NCBI GenBank assembly: GCA_963817955.1
Contig: CAWFQK010000004.1
Location: 384,001-448,000 of the forward strand
Length of the DNA: 64,000 nucleotides
Reading direction: 5' to 3'
From: an uncultured Gemmatimonadaceae bacterium
GTDB lineage: Bacteria; Gemmatimonadota; Gemmatimonadetes; Gemmatimonadales; Gemmatimonadaceae
Translations under genes and position numbers: made by a program
Notes under the pieces: model-generated
Told to the model about the DNA's origin: nothing
What the model saw: the letters and a program-made list of their open reading frames with translations, nothing else
Database searches by the model: none
Part shown: one piece after another, positions 18,185 to 27,500 of the stretch
How the letters are laid out: each line of letters begins with the position of its first letter
Numbering within the stretch: the stretch's first letter is position 1

Positions 18185-19476
18185 GCGGCCACCGCGGCAC
18201 GCGGGCCATTTTCGAGCGCCAACACGTCTATGAAATCGTACGACGGATACACCGGCATCGCGAACTGCTCACGCAGCGTGATGAAGGCTTCGTCGTCGAG
18301 GAACACGCCGTTGTCGTTGATGCATTCTGCAGGAATGAGCGCCATATCGAGATCCATGCGGCCGTCGAGCGCGCGCCGGATATCGGCACCCACCAGCAGT
18401 CCCGCGGTAGTGGTGGTGGGTCCAAACAGAGAATTTTCCGCGACGATCAGCTCGAATGCCGCGCCCGTCACGCCGGTGATCTGCTCCAACAGGGGCGGCA
18501 TCAGGTTCGCCATCGAGACGCCGGTCACGACGCCGATCCGCTTGCCATCGAGACGCGGAAGCGTCGGCAGACCTTCCCGCACGCGCATGCGGAGCGACGC
18601 CACTGAACCAACGCCGTTCTCGATCTGCGGAAAATCGTCGTAGAAAGCGGCATCGGGCAGCGGCCGTTCGGCCAGGAGGTACAACTCATCCGATCCATAC
18701 ACCCACGAGTGGCCACGCTCGACGAGCGCGCGCACCCCCCAGCGCTCCACCACGGCCAGCAGTCTGGACGCGTTCTCTACGTCCATCGACTGGCCGGTGT
18801 AGAGATGAGAGAACTGCGTCAGGCCCACAGGCACGATGGCAACCGAGAGACAGGCTTCGCCGAAGGCCCACAGGTCGCTGAGCGACTGTTCGAGCACATC
18901 GCCGTCATTGAGTCCCGGCACGATCACCATCTGTCCGTGAAACTGAATGCCGCCCGCAGCGAGCTTGGTCAGCTGCTCGACGATGTTCGGAACGCGTGGA
19001 TTGTTGAGCAGGACCTTGCGGGCGTCCCAGGGCGTGGCGTGCACCGAGATGTACAGCGGCGAGAGGCGATACTCCAAGATGCGCGCGATGTCGCGTTCCT
19101 TCACATTGGAGAGCGTCGCGAAATTGCCATAGGCGAACGACAGCCGATAGTCATCGTCACGCAGGTAGAGCGGCTTGCGCAACCCCTTCGGCAGCCCCTC
19201 GATGAAGCAGAACTCGCAGCGGTTGGCGCACTGGCGAACGGTGGGCGGCTCCAATTCCACACCCATGCTCTCCCCTTCTGGACGCTCGACGTCATAGATC
19301 ACGGCCTCGCCATCGGGGAGCCGCGCCTCGATCACGAGCTCATCTTCGGCGGTCAGGAACTCCCAGTCGAGGAAATCAGCGACGGCGCGCCCGTTGACCG
19401 TGAGCAACTCGGTCCCCGGCACAATTCCCAATTCCTCGGCAATGCTGCCGTCATGAACGCCTTTGACGCGAACCAT
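18181..19476 (-). CDS. PDZ + DUF512 radical-SAM-like Fe-S protein
   Basis: N-terminal PDZ-like region; CANRCEFC (CX3CX2C); DDDYRLSF, SPLYISVH, QIENGVG. Confidence 0.85.
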   Translation of the reverse strand: MVRVKGVHDGSIAEELGIVPGTELLTVNGRAVADFLDWEFLTAEDELVIEARLPDGEAVIYDVERPEGESMGVELEPPTVRQCANRCEFCFIEGLPKGLRKPLYLRDDDYRLSFAYGNFATLSNVKERDIARILEYRLSPLYISVHATPWDARKVLLNNPRVPNIVEQLTKLAAGGIQFHGQMVIVPGLNDGDVLEQSLSDLWAFGEACLSVAIVPVGLTQFSHLYTGQSMDVENASRLLAVVERWGVRALVERGHSWVYGSDELYLLAERPLPDAAFYDDFPQIENGVGSVASLRMRVREGLPTLPRLDGKRIGVVTGVSMANLMPPLLEQITGVTGAAFELIVAENSLFGPTTTTAGLLVGADIRRALDGRMDLDMALIPAECINDNGVFLDDEAFITLREQFAMPVYPSYDFIDVLALENGPRAAVAA

Positions 19477-19566
19477 TCAACCCCGTATTGCAATGGGGGA
19501 GACCACGTAGCGATCTCCCCCTGACCGACAATACCAATCGCGCCAACCCGCGGCGATAGCTCATGC

Positions 19567-19595
19567 AATCTAGGAGCTAAAGGGTCGGAAATCAA
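19567..19595 (-). promoter_or_regulatory. Putative sigma70 promoter of the DUF512-der-plsY-gpsA operon
   Basis: TTGATT-17 bp-TAGATT on the minus strand. Confidence 0.5.
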
Positions 19596-19672
19596 GCTAA
19601 ATAGACAACTTGGGCCTGCCCGAAGGTCGAACGCTATGAGCTGTCGACAGGTGACCGATCCTACGCGAAAGA

Positions 19673-19704
19673 AACGAGCCCGCCAGGATCACGGCGGGCT
19701 CGTT
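19673..19704 (-). terminator. Intrinsic terminator after the secreted TPR protein gene
   Basis: AACGAGCCCGCC...GGCGGGCTCGTT hairpin followed by TTTCTTT on the minus strand. Confidence 0.7.
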
Positions 19705-19735
19705 CGCCTGCAATTGGACTACCTCACAACATCCG

Positions 19736-21358
19736 TCACATCAGCGGCGCGTACCGAAATGCAGCAATGCCGGCACCCGTTCCAGTCGTTTGGAAGGGCG
19801 CGCTCTCATGCGGCGCGACCGGGCCGACGCTCACGGTCTGCGAGGAAACAACATTCCCAGCTTTGTCCACGAACTCGATCTTGAGATCGAACGACCGTGC
19901 GACATCGGTCTGGTTCAACACGTTGCCGCCGAGCGTCGCCTTGTCCGCAGCTTGCATGAACTCATTGAAGCTCACACGAGCGGGCAACTTCATCATCAAC
20001 TCGTTGTACTTGAGGGCCGAGTCGACCGCGGTCTTGGCCGAGTCGCCGTAGGCCTTGATGAGCGGGTTCACACGCGCAGCCGAGTCGACCGCCGCCTTGA
20101 TGACCAGGGCGGACTTCGACTTGTTCGCGCGATCTCCGTATGCCTTCGCCTTGGCCTCGTACACCTTCTCCGTCGCGTCGTATCCTTTCTTGATGCTGGC
20201 GTACGCGATCGCGACGAGCTGGTAGTTGTCGGGGTTAGATGGATCAACCTTCAGAAGATCGCGGGCATATGGCAAGCCCTTGGCATACGCGCTGTCGAGC
20301 AGGTACAGGCGCGACAAATTGTACAGCACGTCGCGATGGTACGGGTTTGCCAATCGCGCGGCCTCGAACAATGTGATGGCGTCCTTGTTCTGGTTGGCGC
20401 GCGCCGCCGTGACGGCGGCGTTCATCAATGAGGTATAGGAGAATGCGCTCGGGTTGGCGATCTGTTCAGCATACGAGGCGCGAATGGCCGCGGTGTCGCC
20501 ACTGAGCGTCGCCAGGCGGGCCTGCCCGTTGCGTGCCGCATCGGAGAACTTCGTTCCCGGATCCTTGGCAAGCGCATTATAGGCTGCCTTGGATTCCGCC
20601 ATGTACAGCGTCTTGTCCGCGCCCGTCGCACCGTCCACGAGATCGGCGGCGTACCCCCCCAGCGTGTTCTGGAGCTGGCGACGCAGGTCGGTTTGCGCCG
20701 TATCACGTCCAGCCGCCGCGATTGCCTGCTTGTAGTAGTCGATCGCTTCCTTCGATTGATTCGCCTTGGACGCAACCTGCGCCAGCACGATGTAGCCGTA
20801 CGGCGAGTTGCGCGACAACTGGAGCGAGCGCTTGGCATAGAACACCGCCGAGTCGTTCTTGTCGGCGTTCATCAGCTCCATGGCGTGGTTCGTCAGATCG
20901 ACCCATGCCTTCTGCTGCCGCCATTGAGCGGTCGATGCCGCACACTCGGGATTGGAGACTTCCACGACCGTGAACGCCGAGTCGATTCCCGCAATCAGGT
21001 CGAAACGGGCGGACGTGTCGGTCACGAAACCAAGCGAGCCACGCGATGCCAGTCCGTTGGCGACGAGGGGCTGCGCCATCCACATCACGAGCGTCTTCCC
21101 CAACACAAACGCCCGCCCCGTCGGGTTCTTCTTCAGATCACCTTCGCCGAGAAGCTTGACGGCGTCTCTCAGTTTGGCTGCGGCGTCCGGCGGTTTGCCG
21201 GCGCTCTGCGCAAGCTGCAGATCCAGCACGGCGCGCGCCACCTGCGCCGGTGTGCCTTCGTCTACCTCGCACGCTTTCTGTTGCGCGCCAGCTGTGGCCG
21301 CGAAGGACGCGATCATCAGCGCAGACAGCAGTCTTCCCCCAAAAACGGGCATTTGCAT
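19736..21358 (-). CDS. Secreted TPR protein with a C-terminal beta-sandwich (FxLYD-like) domain
   Basis: Signal peptide ending AGA-QQ; TPR-like helices; C-terminal GNVLNQT...IEFVDKAGNVV...F pattern. Confidence 0.6.
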   Translation of the reverse strand: MQMPVFGGRLLSALMIASFAATAGAQQKACEVDEGTPAQVARAVLDLQLAQSAGKPPDAAAKLRDAVKLLGEGDLKKNPTGRAFVLGKTLVMWMAQPLVANGLASRGSLGFVTDTSARFDLIAGIDSAFTVVEVSNPECAASTAQWRQQKAWVDLTNHAMELMNADKNDSAVFYAKRSLQLSRNSPYGYIVLAQVASKANQSKEAIDYYKQAIAAAGRDTAQTDLRRQLQNTLGGYAADLVDGATGADKTLYMAESKAAYNALAKDPGTKFSDAARNGQARLATLSGDTAAIRASYAEQIANPSAFSYTSLMNAAVTAARANQNKDAITLFEAARLANPYHRDVLYNLSRLYLLDSAYAKGLPYARDLLKVDPSNPDNYQLVAIAYASIKKGYDATEKVYEAKAKAYGDRANKSKSALVIKAAVDSAARVNPLIKAYGDSAKTAVDSALKYNELMMKLPARVSFNEFMQAADKATLGGNVLNQTDVARSFDLKIEFVDKAGNVVSSQTVSVGPVAPHESAPFQTTGTGAGIAAFRYAPLM

Positions 21359-21415
21359 TCTCCTGAATGTCTCTGCTCGAACAGCATATCGGGCATGGCG
21401 CCCGGCAATCTTACA

Positions 21416-22603
21416 CTATCTGGAAAAGTGGCGTTCCGCTTCAGCGGTGGCCAACCGCGAAATATCCTGTAGAGACCGCCCCGTCGCCAGTGCAACGCGC
21501 TTCACGTCGGCGAATTCAGGTTTGGCTCGTTGGCCCCCATTCGGCAATGTCACCACCTTGGCGCGCATTGGCTCGCCAAGGACGGTGAGTTGGATGACGT
21601 GACGGGGCAGCGCACGTCGATGTACGTCGCGTCGCCGAACGCCTATGGTGGTGGTCTCCACGAACAACAATTCCTCGACGTGCGCCACATTGGTGGGCCT
21701 GCAGAGCACCTCGATCCGCGTGCCCTGCCGCCCGCGCTTCATCGTCACCGCCAACAGCGTCACGTCCAGCACCCCTCCCGCATCTCGAATGGCGTCCGCC
21801 ACCGCCGCCAGGTATTCGGGGTTCATGTCGTCAATCTCGCACGTCAGCTCGACGACATCCTCGCTCGCCACGTCGTCGCCCGTCGCATGGGTATCTGCGA
21901 GGATCAGACGCAACGCGTTCGCGCGTCCTCGAAAATCCTTTGTGCCCGCGCCGAACCCGCTGCGAATCGGCACGTATTCGCGCGGCGGCGGCCCTGCCGA
22001 GAGCACGCGAACGAGCGCCGCACCCGTTGGCGTCACCAACTCGCCCGACCCCTCGGGACCGGGACGGACCGGGTGGCCCTCAAGCAGCTTCAGCGTGGCC
22101 GGCGCCGGCACGGGCAACACGCCGTGCGCCGCCTTCACTGTGCCGTCACCGAGCGCAATCGCACCGCAGTACACGCGCTCGACGGCGAGTTGCTCGAGCC
22201 CCCAGATCACGCCCACGACGTCGAGGATGGCGTCCACGGCGCCCACCTCGTGCAGGTGCACCTTCTCCGGCGGCATCCCATGAATCTCGCCTTCTGCAGT
22301 TGCAATTGCCGTGAACGCAGCGTCGGCACGCTCGCGCACCCCAACCGGCGCTCCGCACCTCGACACCAGATCACGGATCTGGTGAATGTGGCGCCCATGC
22401 GGCTGCGGTGGAACGTGGAAGTCTACCTTCTGACAAACGATCTCACCGCGAACCACCTCACGGATATCGACACCGATGTCCGCCAACCCAAGCGTGGCCG
22501 GCAGGGCGCGTAGCCAAGCCGGATCGAGCCCGACTTGGAGCAACGCGCCGAGCGTCATGTCGCCAGCGATACCGCTGAACGGATCCAGAATTGCAATCCG
22601 CAT
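21416..22603 (-). CDS. larC: Nickel pincer cofactor biosynthesis protein LarC
   Basis: DPFSGIAGDMTLGAL, VHLHEVGAVDAILD, GELVTPTGAA, IDDMNPE, MKRGR, ETTTIGVR, KPEFAD. Confidence 0.9.
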   Translation of the reverse strand: MRIAILDPFSGIAGDMTLGALLQVGLDPAWLRALPATLGLADIGVDIREVVRGEIVCQKVDFHVPPQPHGRHIHQIRDLVSRCGAPVGVRERADAAFTAIATAEGEIHGMPPEKVHLHEVGAVDAILDVVGVIWGLEQLAVERVYCGAIALGDGTVKAAHGVLPVPAPATLKLLEGHPVRPGPEGSGELVTPTGAALVRVLSAGPPPREYVPIRSGFGAGTKDFRGRANALRLILADTHATGDDVASEDVVELTCEIDDMNPEYLAAVADAIRDAGGVLDVTLLAVTMKRGRQGTRIEVLCRPTNVAHVEELLFVETTTIGVRRRDVHRRALPRHVIQLTVLGEPMRAKVVTLPNGGQRAKPEFADVKRVALATGRSLQDISRLATAEAERHFSR

Positions 22604-23748
22604 CAGAAGCGGTACGACGCGCCACTGCCAGTATTGAACACCAGCACTTCCGCGTCGCGCGGAATGCGGCCGGCACCAATGAGGGCCTCCGTCACAGCGA
22701 GTGCGCACCCGCCTTCCGGCGCGGCGTCAATGCCGCTCGAGCGCGACAGGCGTAGCGTAGCGGCGCGAATCGCCTCCTCGCTGACCGCGTACGCGTCGCC
22801 CTGGCTCTCGCGCAACGCACGGAGAATGAGCCGATCGCCCAACGGACCCGGCACGCGCAGTCCGCTGGCGTGCGTCGTCGGATTCTCCCACGGGGTGGCC
22901 GTCTCGGCGCCGGCCTGGAACGCGCGCACCATGGGCGCACACCCGTCGGCCTGCGCCACGACCATGTGCGGCATCGCCACATCCTTCGGCAACCAGCCCC
23001 CGTCACGCATCTCGGCGAACACCTTCCACATGCCGATCAGGCCCGTGCCGCCGCCAGTGGGATAGATCACGTGCGTCGGCAACCGCCAGCCCAGCTGTTC
23101 GGCGAGCTCGATGCCCATAGTCTTCTTGCCTTCAATGCGGTACGGCTCGCGCAGCGTCGACACGTCGAAGTAACCGCTCTCGGCAGAGAACGCCCGCGCC
23201 GCCTTCCCGGCATGCCCAATGTGCCCCGCGACGAGCTGCAGATCGGCACCCAGCGTGCGGATGGTGTCGAGGATCGGCTTGGGCGTCGTTTCCGGCGCGT
23301 AGACGCGCACCGGAATGCCCGCAGCCGCGGCGTACGCCGTGAGCGCGGCGCCGGCGTTCCCGGCCGTCGGGACGACGAGTCCCGGCACCTTGAGCCCGCG
23401 CGCACGGGTCACGGCCGCGCTCATGCCGCGCGCCTTGAACGACGCGGTGGGATTCAAGCCTTCGTCCTTTACCCAGAGCCGCCCAATGCCCAACTCGCGC
23501 GCCAGGGATGGCAGCTCCTGGAGCGGGGTCATGCCCTCGCCGAGCGACACAGGCGTTTCGTCCGCCTTGAGGGGCAACACCGGCGCGTAGCGCCACATGT
23601 CCCAACGCGGCGTCACCGCCGAACGGGCCGGCATTGGAGAATCATAACGAACGAGGAACGGCTGCCCGCACGCCGGACAGACACTGGCGAGCGCGTCGCC
23701 GGATTCGCGGACGTCGCAGGCGGAGCATTCAAGGTGCCAGGTGCTCAC
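22603..23748 (-). CDS. thrC: Threonine synthase-like PLP enzyme
   Basis: SLGEGMTPL, KDEGLNPTASFKARG, EGKKT, YPTGGGTG, FNTGSG. Confidence 0.85.
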   Translation of the reverse strand: MSTWHLECSACDVRESGDALASVCPACGQPFLVRYDSPMPARSAVTPRWDMWRYAPVLPLKADETPVSLGEGMTPLQELPSLARELGIGRLWVKDEGLNPTASFKARGMSAAVTRARGLKVPGLVVPTAGNAGAALTAYAAAAGIPVRVYAPETTPKPILDTIRTLGADLQLVAGHIGHAGKAARAFSAESGYFDVSTLREPYRIEGKKTMGIELAEQLGWRLPTHVIYPTGGGTGLIGMWKVFAEMRDGGWLPKDVAMPHMVVAQADGCAPMVRAFQAGAETATPWENPTTHASGLRVPGPLGDRLILRALRESQGDAYAVSEEAIRAATLRLSRSSGIDAAPEGGCALAVTEALIGAGRIPRDAEVLVFNTGSGASYRF

Positions 23749-25625
23749 GAGATTTCGCTGGAAGAGGGTGACAGGTCGGCGGCCGCGGGTGCGGCGGCCG
23801 GCGCAGGAGCGGTAGGTTCAGTGGAGCGTAATGCGGCAACGATTTTGTCGGCCGTCTTCTGGCCGAAGCCCGGCAATGCCGCGATCGCCTCGGTGGAAGC
23901 GTCGCGAACGCCCTGCAAGCTACCAAAGGCGGACAGCAGTTGTCGACGCTTTGATTCTCCCACCCCCGGAATTCGCAGCAGCTCCGAGGTCATGGTACGC
24001 ATCGAACGCCGCTTTCGCTGGAAGGTGACCGCGAAGCGGTGGGCCTCGTCGCGGGCCTGCTGCAGCACCCTCAAGGCGGGCGATCGGCGCGGCAGCCGGA
24101 GCGATTCACTGCGGCCCAGGACGAAAATCTCCTCCTCCCGTTTGGCCAGGCTTATGAGTGGCATGGCGCCGAGGCCCAGCGCGTCGAGCGCGGCGTGCGC
24201 CGCATTGAGCTGGCCCTTGCCGCCATCGATCACCACGAGATCGGGAAATGGCTTCTCGTCGTCGCGCCGGCGGGTGAAGTAGCGCGTCACCACTTCGCCC
24301 ATCGACGCGAAATCGTCGATCCCCTGGACAGTCTGCACCTTGAACTTGCGGTATTCCGCGCGGTACGGCCGTCCGTTCTGGAACCAGACACACGACGCCA
24401 CGGTGTCGGTGCCTTGCGCGTGTGAGATGTCGAAACAGACGAGCGATCGCGGTACTTTCTGTAGGCCCAGTTGCCGCTGCAACTCGTAGATCGGATCGCC
24501 GGCGCGCTCCTCCGCTTCGTCGCCCGTCAGTCGCAGTTCCTCGAGCAGATGCCGCGCGTTCTGCGTCGCCAGATCGACGAGCTCGCGCCGCGGACCACGT
24601 TGCGGCGCGTGGATCTTCGTGCGCTCGAGCGACGTCTCCACCAATTCACGTTCTTCGGGCTCGAGCGGCACGAGCAGCTCCGCCGCCCGGTCTTCGATCG
24701 GGCGATACTTGCCGACGAGATAGGCCTGCAGCACCGCGCCGTCGGTTTCATCCTCCAGGTTCTCGACAAACTGATGCTCGCGTGCGAGCAGGCGGCCGCC
24801 GCGAATGCGCAGCAGCGCAAACACCGCGTCGTTGCCATCACGCGCGTAGCCGATCACGTCACGATCGCCCCCCTCCACCGAGAGCACGACGGTGGGCTCC
24901 TCCATCTGCTCGAGGTGCCGCAGCGCATCGCGCAGTTCGGCAGCCCGCTCGAAGTCGAGCGACTCGGCGGCAAGCTGCATCCGCTCCTTCACACGGCGCA
25001 CGACTTCCTGGGAACGTCCGTCGAGAAAGAGAAGCAACTCGTCGATCATCGCCCGATATTCGGCCTGACTCTGCGCCAGAATACACGGCGCCTTGCACCG
25101 CCTGATGTAGTAGTCGAGACAGGGACGGTCGGGCATCTGCGCCGGCATATCGAAGTTGCACGACCGGACGGTGAACATGCGCCGCACCACGTTCAGCGCG
25201 CGTCGCATGGCTCCAACGTCGGTGTAGGGTCCGAAGTAGCGACTGCCGTCGTTCTGGAGGTGCCGCGTCACCCAGACCCGCGGGAACGGCTCGGCTACGG
25301 TGACCTTGATGTACGGATATGACTTGTCGTCGCGTAGCGCGATGTTGTACTTCGGTTTGTATTCCTTGATGAGGTTGGCTTCGAGGATCAGTGCGTGCGA
25401 CTCACTGGGCACCACGATCGTCTCGAGCGCGCCAACCGCATGCATCAACGCGCGTGTCTTCACGCTCGTCATGTGATCGCCGGTCACGTAGCTCCGCACG
25501 CGCGACCGCAGCCGTTTCGCCTTGCCGACGTACAGCACGGTCCCGTCCCGGTCGCGCCACAAATACACACCGGGCGATTCTGGTAGATGCGGGATTTTTT
25601 CGAGAACGGACTCCGGCACGGGCAT
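23745..25625 (-). CDS. uvrC: Excinuclease ABC subunit C
   Basis: PGVYL/YVGKAK GIY-YIG, CFDISH, IDGGKGQ, RDEAHRFA, HhH. Confidence 0.96.
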   Translation of the reverse strand: MPVPESVLEKIPHLPESPGVYLWRDRDGTVLYVGKAKRLRSRVRSYVTGDHMTSVKTRALMHAVGALETIVVPSESHALILEANLIKEYKPKYNIALRDDKSYPYIKVTVAEPFPRVWVTRHLQNDGSRYFGPYTDVGAMRRALNVVRRMFTVRSCNFDMPAQMPDRPCLDYYIRRCKAPCILAQSQAEYRAMIDELLLFLDGRSQEVVRRVKERMQLAAESLDFERAAELRDALRHLEQMEEPTVVLSVEGGDRDVIGYARDGNDAVFALLRIRGGRLLAREHQFVENLEDETDGAVLQAYLVGKYRPIEDRAAELLVPLEPEERELVETSLERTKIHAPQRGPRRELVDLATQNARHLLEELRLTGDEAEERAGDPIYELQRQLGLQKVPRSLVCFDISHAQGTDTVASCVWFQNGRPYRAEYRKFKVQTVQGIDDFASMGEVVTRYFTRRRDDEKPFPDLVVIDGGKGQLNAAHAALDALGLGAMPLISLAKREEEIFVLGRSESLRLPRRSPALRVLQQARDEAHRFAVTFQRKRRSMRTMTSELLRIPGVGESKRRQLLSAFGSLQGVRDASTEAIAALPGFGQKTADKIVAALRSTEPTAPAPAAAPAAADLSPSSSEIS

Positions 25626-25720
25626 GGGTCTTCGCGGAGATGAGTTGGCGAATTGATGGGTTAGTGAGGGCGGTAGAAGAGCTGGCTACCGCAAGCCACT
25701 ATCGCCGGCCGGTGCAGCGT

Positions 25721-25842
25721 GGATTGGGCTCCGGGCTCTATTCTGGCTGGATGTCGCTGGCTGCTCCGTAGCGGTCGACCCACCGGTCGGCGAGGTTCGA
25801 GCTTCCAGTTGTGAGTTGTGCGTTGTGAGTTTCTCGGGTCTC
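25721..25842. repeat. Dispersed ~120-bp intergenic repeat, copy 2
   Basis: Same-orientation copy of 12246-12364, lying between murJ and uvrC. Confidence 0.85.
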
Positions 25843-25878
25843 ATGGATAATACCCCGAACCAACACCGGATGTCCGTC

Positions 25879-27489
25879 TTACCGCCGACGCGTGAACCGA
25901 CGGACGGCGCGCTGCGCTTCCGGTACGCCGAGGGCGATGGTGGACGTGAGATAGACGAGGCCGAACACCGCCAGCACGGTAATGGCGCCGAGGTGGCGTT
26001 GCATATGTTCGGCGAGCCGCCGCGTCTCCCAGGCGGCGATCGCGGCCGCGGCCGATGCCGCCCAGAGCGTCGCGCTCAACCGCGCCGGTAATCCCGTGAC
26101 ACCGATCCGCCGGTTGAGCCGCGACCGCAGCAACAGGAACTCCACCCAGCCGGCGATGCCGGCGGACACCGTGAGCCCCGCCGCGCCCCAATGCCGGTCG
26201 ATGCCGAGGGCGCCGGGGAGCCACAGCGCGAACGCATATCCAAGAACCGTCGTCAGCACCACCCGCACGATCGCGAAGCGGAGCGGCGTCTTCGTGTCGT
26301 GGAGTGCATAGTACGTCGACGAGTACAAGCGCCCCATGGTGGAGGCCAAGAGCCCAACCGCCGAGCCAGCCAGGATGGCCCACGCGTACCGCGTATCGTG
26401 AGGCGTGAAGCGCCGTCCCTCGAACAGCAGGCGCGCCACGACGTCGCCAAATCCCAGGAATACCGCCGCCGACGGGATCACGAAGAACGCGATGTTCCTG
26501 AGCCCCACCGCCAAGCGGCCCCTGAGGTACGTCGCGACTTCGTCGGTGGTGCCGAGCGCGCGCGACATCTCCGGAAGCTCGGCCGCCGAGATCGCCATCC
26601 CGAACAGACTCACCGGCAGGATGTAGATGGTCTGCGCGTATCCCAGCGTTGCCACCATGCCGTCCGGCAGAAAGCTCGCAAGCCAGGAATCGATGTAGCC
26701 ACTGATCTGCACCACGCCGCGGCTCACGAACACTGGCCCGAAGTTGCGCGCCACGGTGCGCACGTGCGTCGATCGCGTGTCCAATGACACGCGCAGATGC
26801 TTCGCGACGCGGAGCGTGGTCGGCACCTGCACCGCAAACTGCATCGCCGCACCGATCACCGATGCCCAGGCGAGCGTCACCGCCAAGTCACCCGGCAGCT
26901 GCGACCGGCCGAAGCCCAGCAGCGCAGCAAGCATCGCCACGTTCCACAACACAGGCGCCGAGTAGGACAGCAGGTACTTGCGATGACTATTGAGAATGCC
27001 CAGACACCACGCGCTGAGCACGAAGATTCCAGCGCCAGGAAAGAAGATCCGGGTGAGCTGAATGGTCATCTGCTTCTTCTGCGGATCGAAACCCGCCGCG
27101 ATGACCGGAATGAGCACCGGCGCCGCCACCACGCCCACCAGGACGATCACCGAAACGGACAGCGCGAGCAGCGCCGCGATCGCACCGGCGACATGCCCGG
27201 CCTCCTCCTCGTCGCCGTGGGCCAGCAGACGTGAGTACACGGGAATGAACGATGCCGACAACGCGCCTTCGCCGAACAAGTTCTGCAACATGTTCGGAAT
27301 CTTGAACGCTGCCATGAAGGCGTCCGCAGCCGCACCGGCGCCAAGGAAGCGCGCTTGCAGCATCTGCCGAACCACACCGAACACGCGCGACGCGAGGATG
27401 CCAATCCCGACGAGTGCGGCGGCGCCACCGGTACGCGCGATCGCGCCACCAGGCGTTACAGCTTCGGGAGTTTCCGCGGATTCTGTCAC
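25879..27489 (-). CDS. murJ: Lipid II flippase MurJ (MviN)
   Basis: SRVFGVVRQ, AFKIPNMLQNLFGEGALSASFIP, YYALHDTKTP. Confidence 0.93.
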   Translation of the reverse strand: MTESAETPEAVTPGGAIARTGGAAALVGIGILASRVFGVVRQMLQARFLGAGAAADAFMAAFKIPNMLQNLFGEGALSASFIPVYSRLLAHGDEEEAGHVAGAIAALLALSVSVIVLVGVVAAPVLIPVIAAGFDPQKKQMTIQLTRIFFPGAGIFVLSAWCLGILNSHRKYLLSYSAPVLWNVAMLAALLGFGRSQLPGDLAVTLAWASVIGAAMQFAVQVPTTLRVAKHLRVSLDTRSTHVRTVARNFGPVFVSRGVVQISGYIDSWLASFLPDGMVATLGYAQTIYILPVSLFGMAISAAELPEMSRALGTTDEVATYLRGRLAVGLRNIAFFVIPSAAVFLGFGDVVARLLFEGRRFTPHDTRYAWAILAGSAVGLLASTMGRLYSSTYYALHDTKTPLRFAIVRVVLTTVLGYAFALWLPGALGIDRHWGAAGLTVSAGIAGWVEFLLLRSRLNRRIGVTGLPARLSATLWAASAAAAIAAWETRRLAEHMQRHLGAITVLAVFGLVYLTSTIALGVPEAQRAVRRFTRRR

Positions 27490-27500
27490 GACGGCGATGC

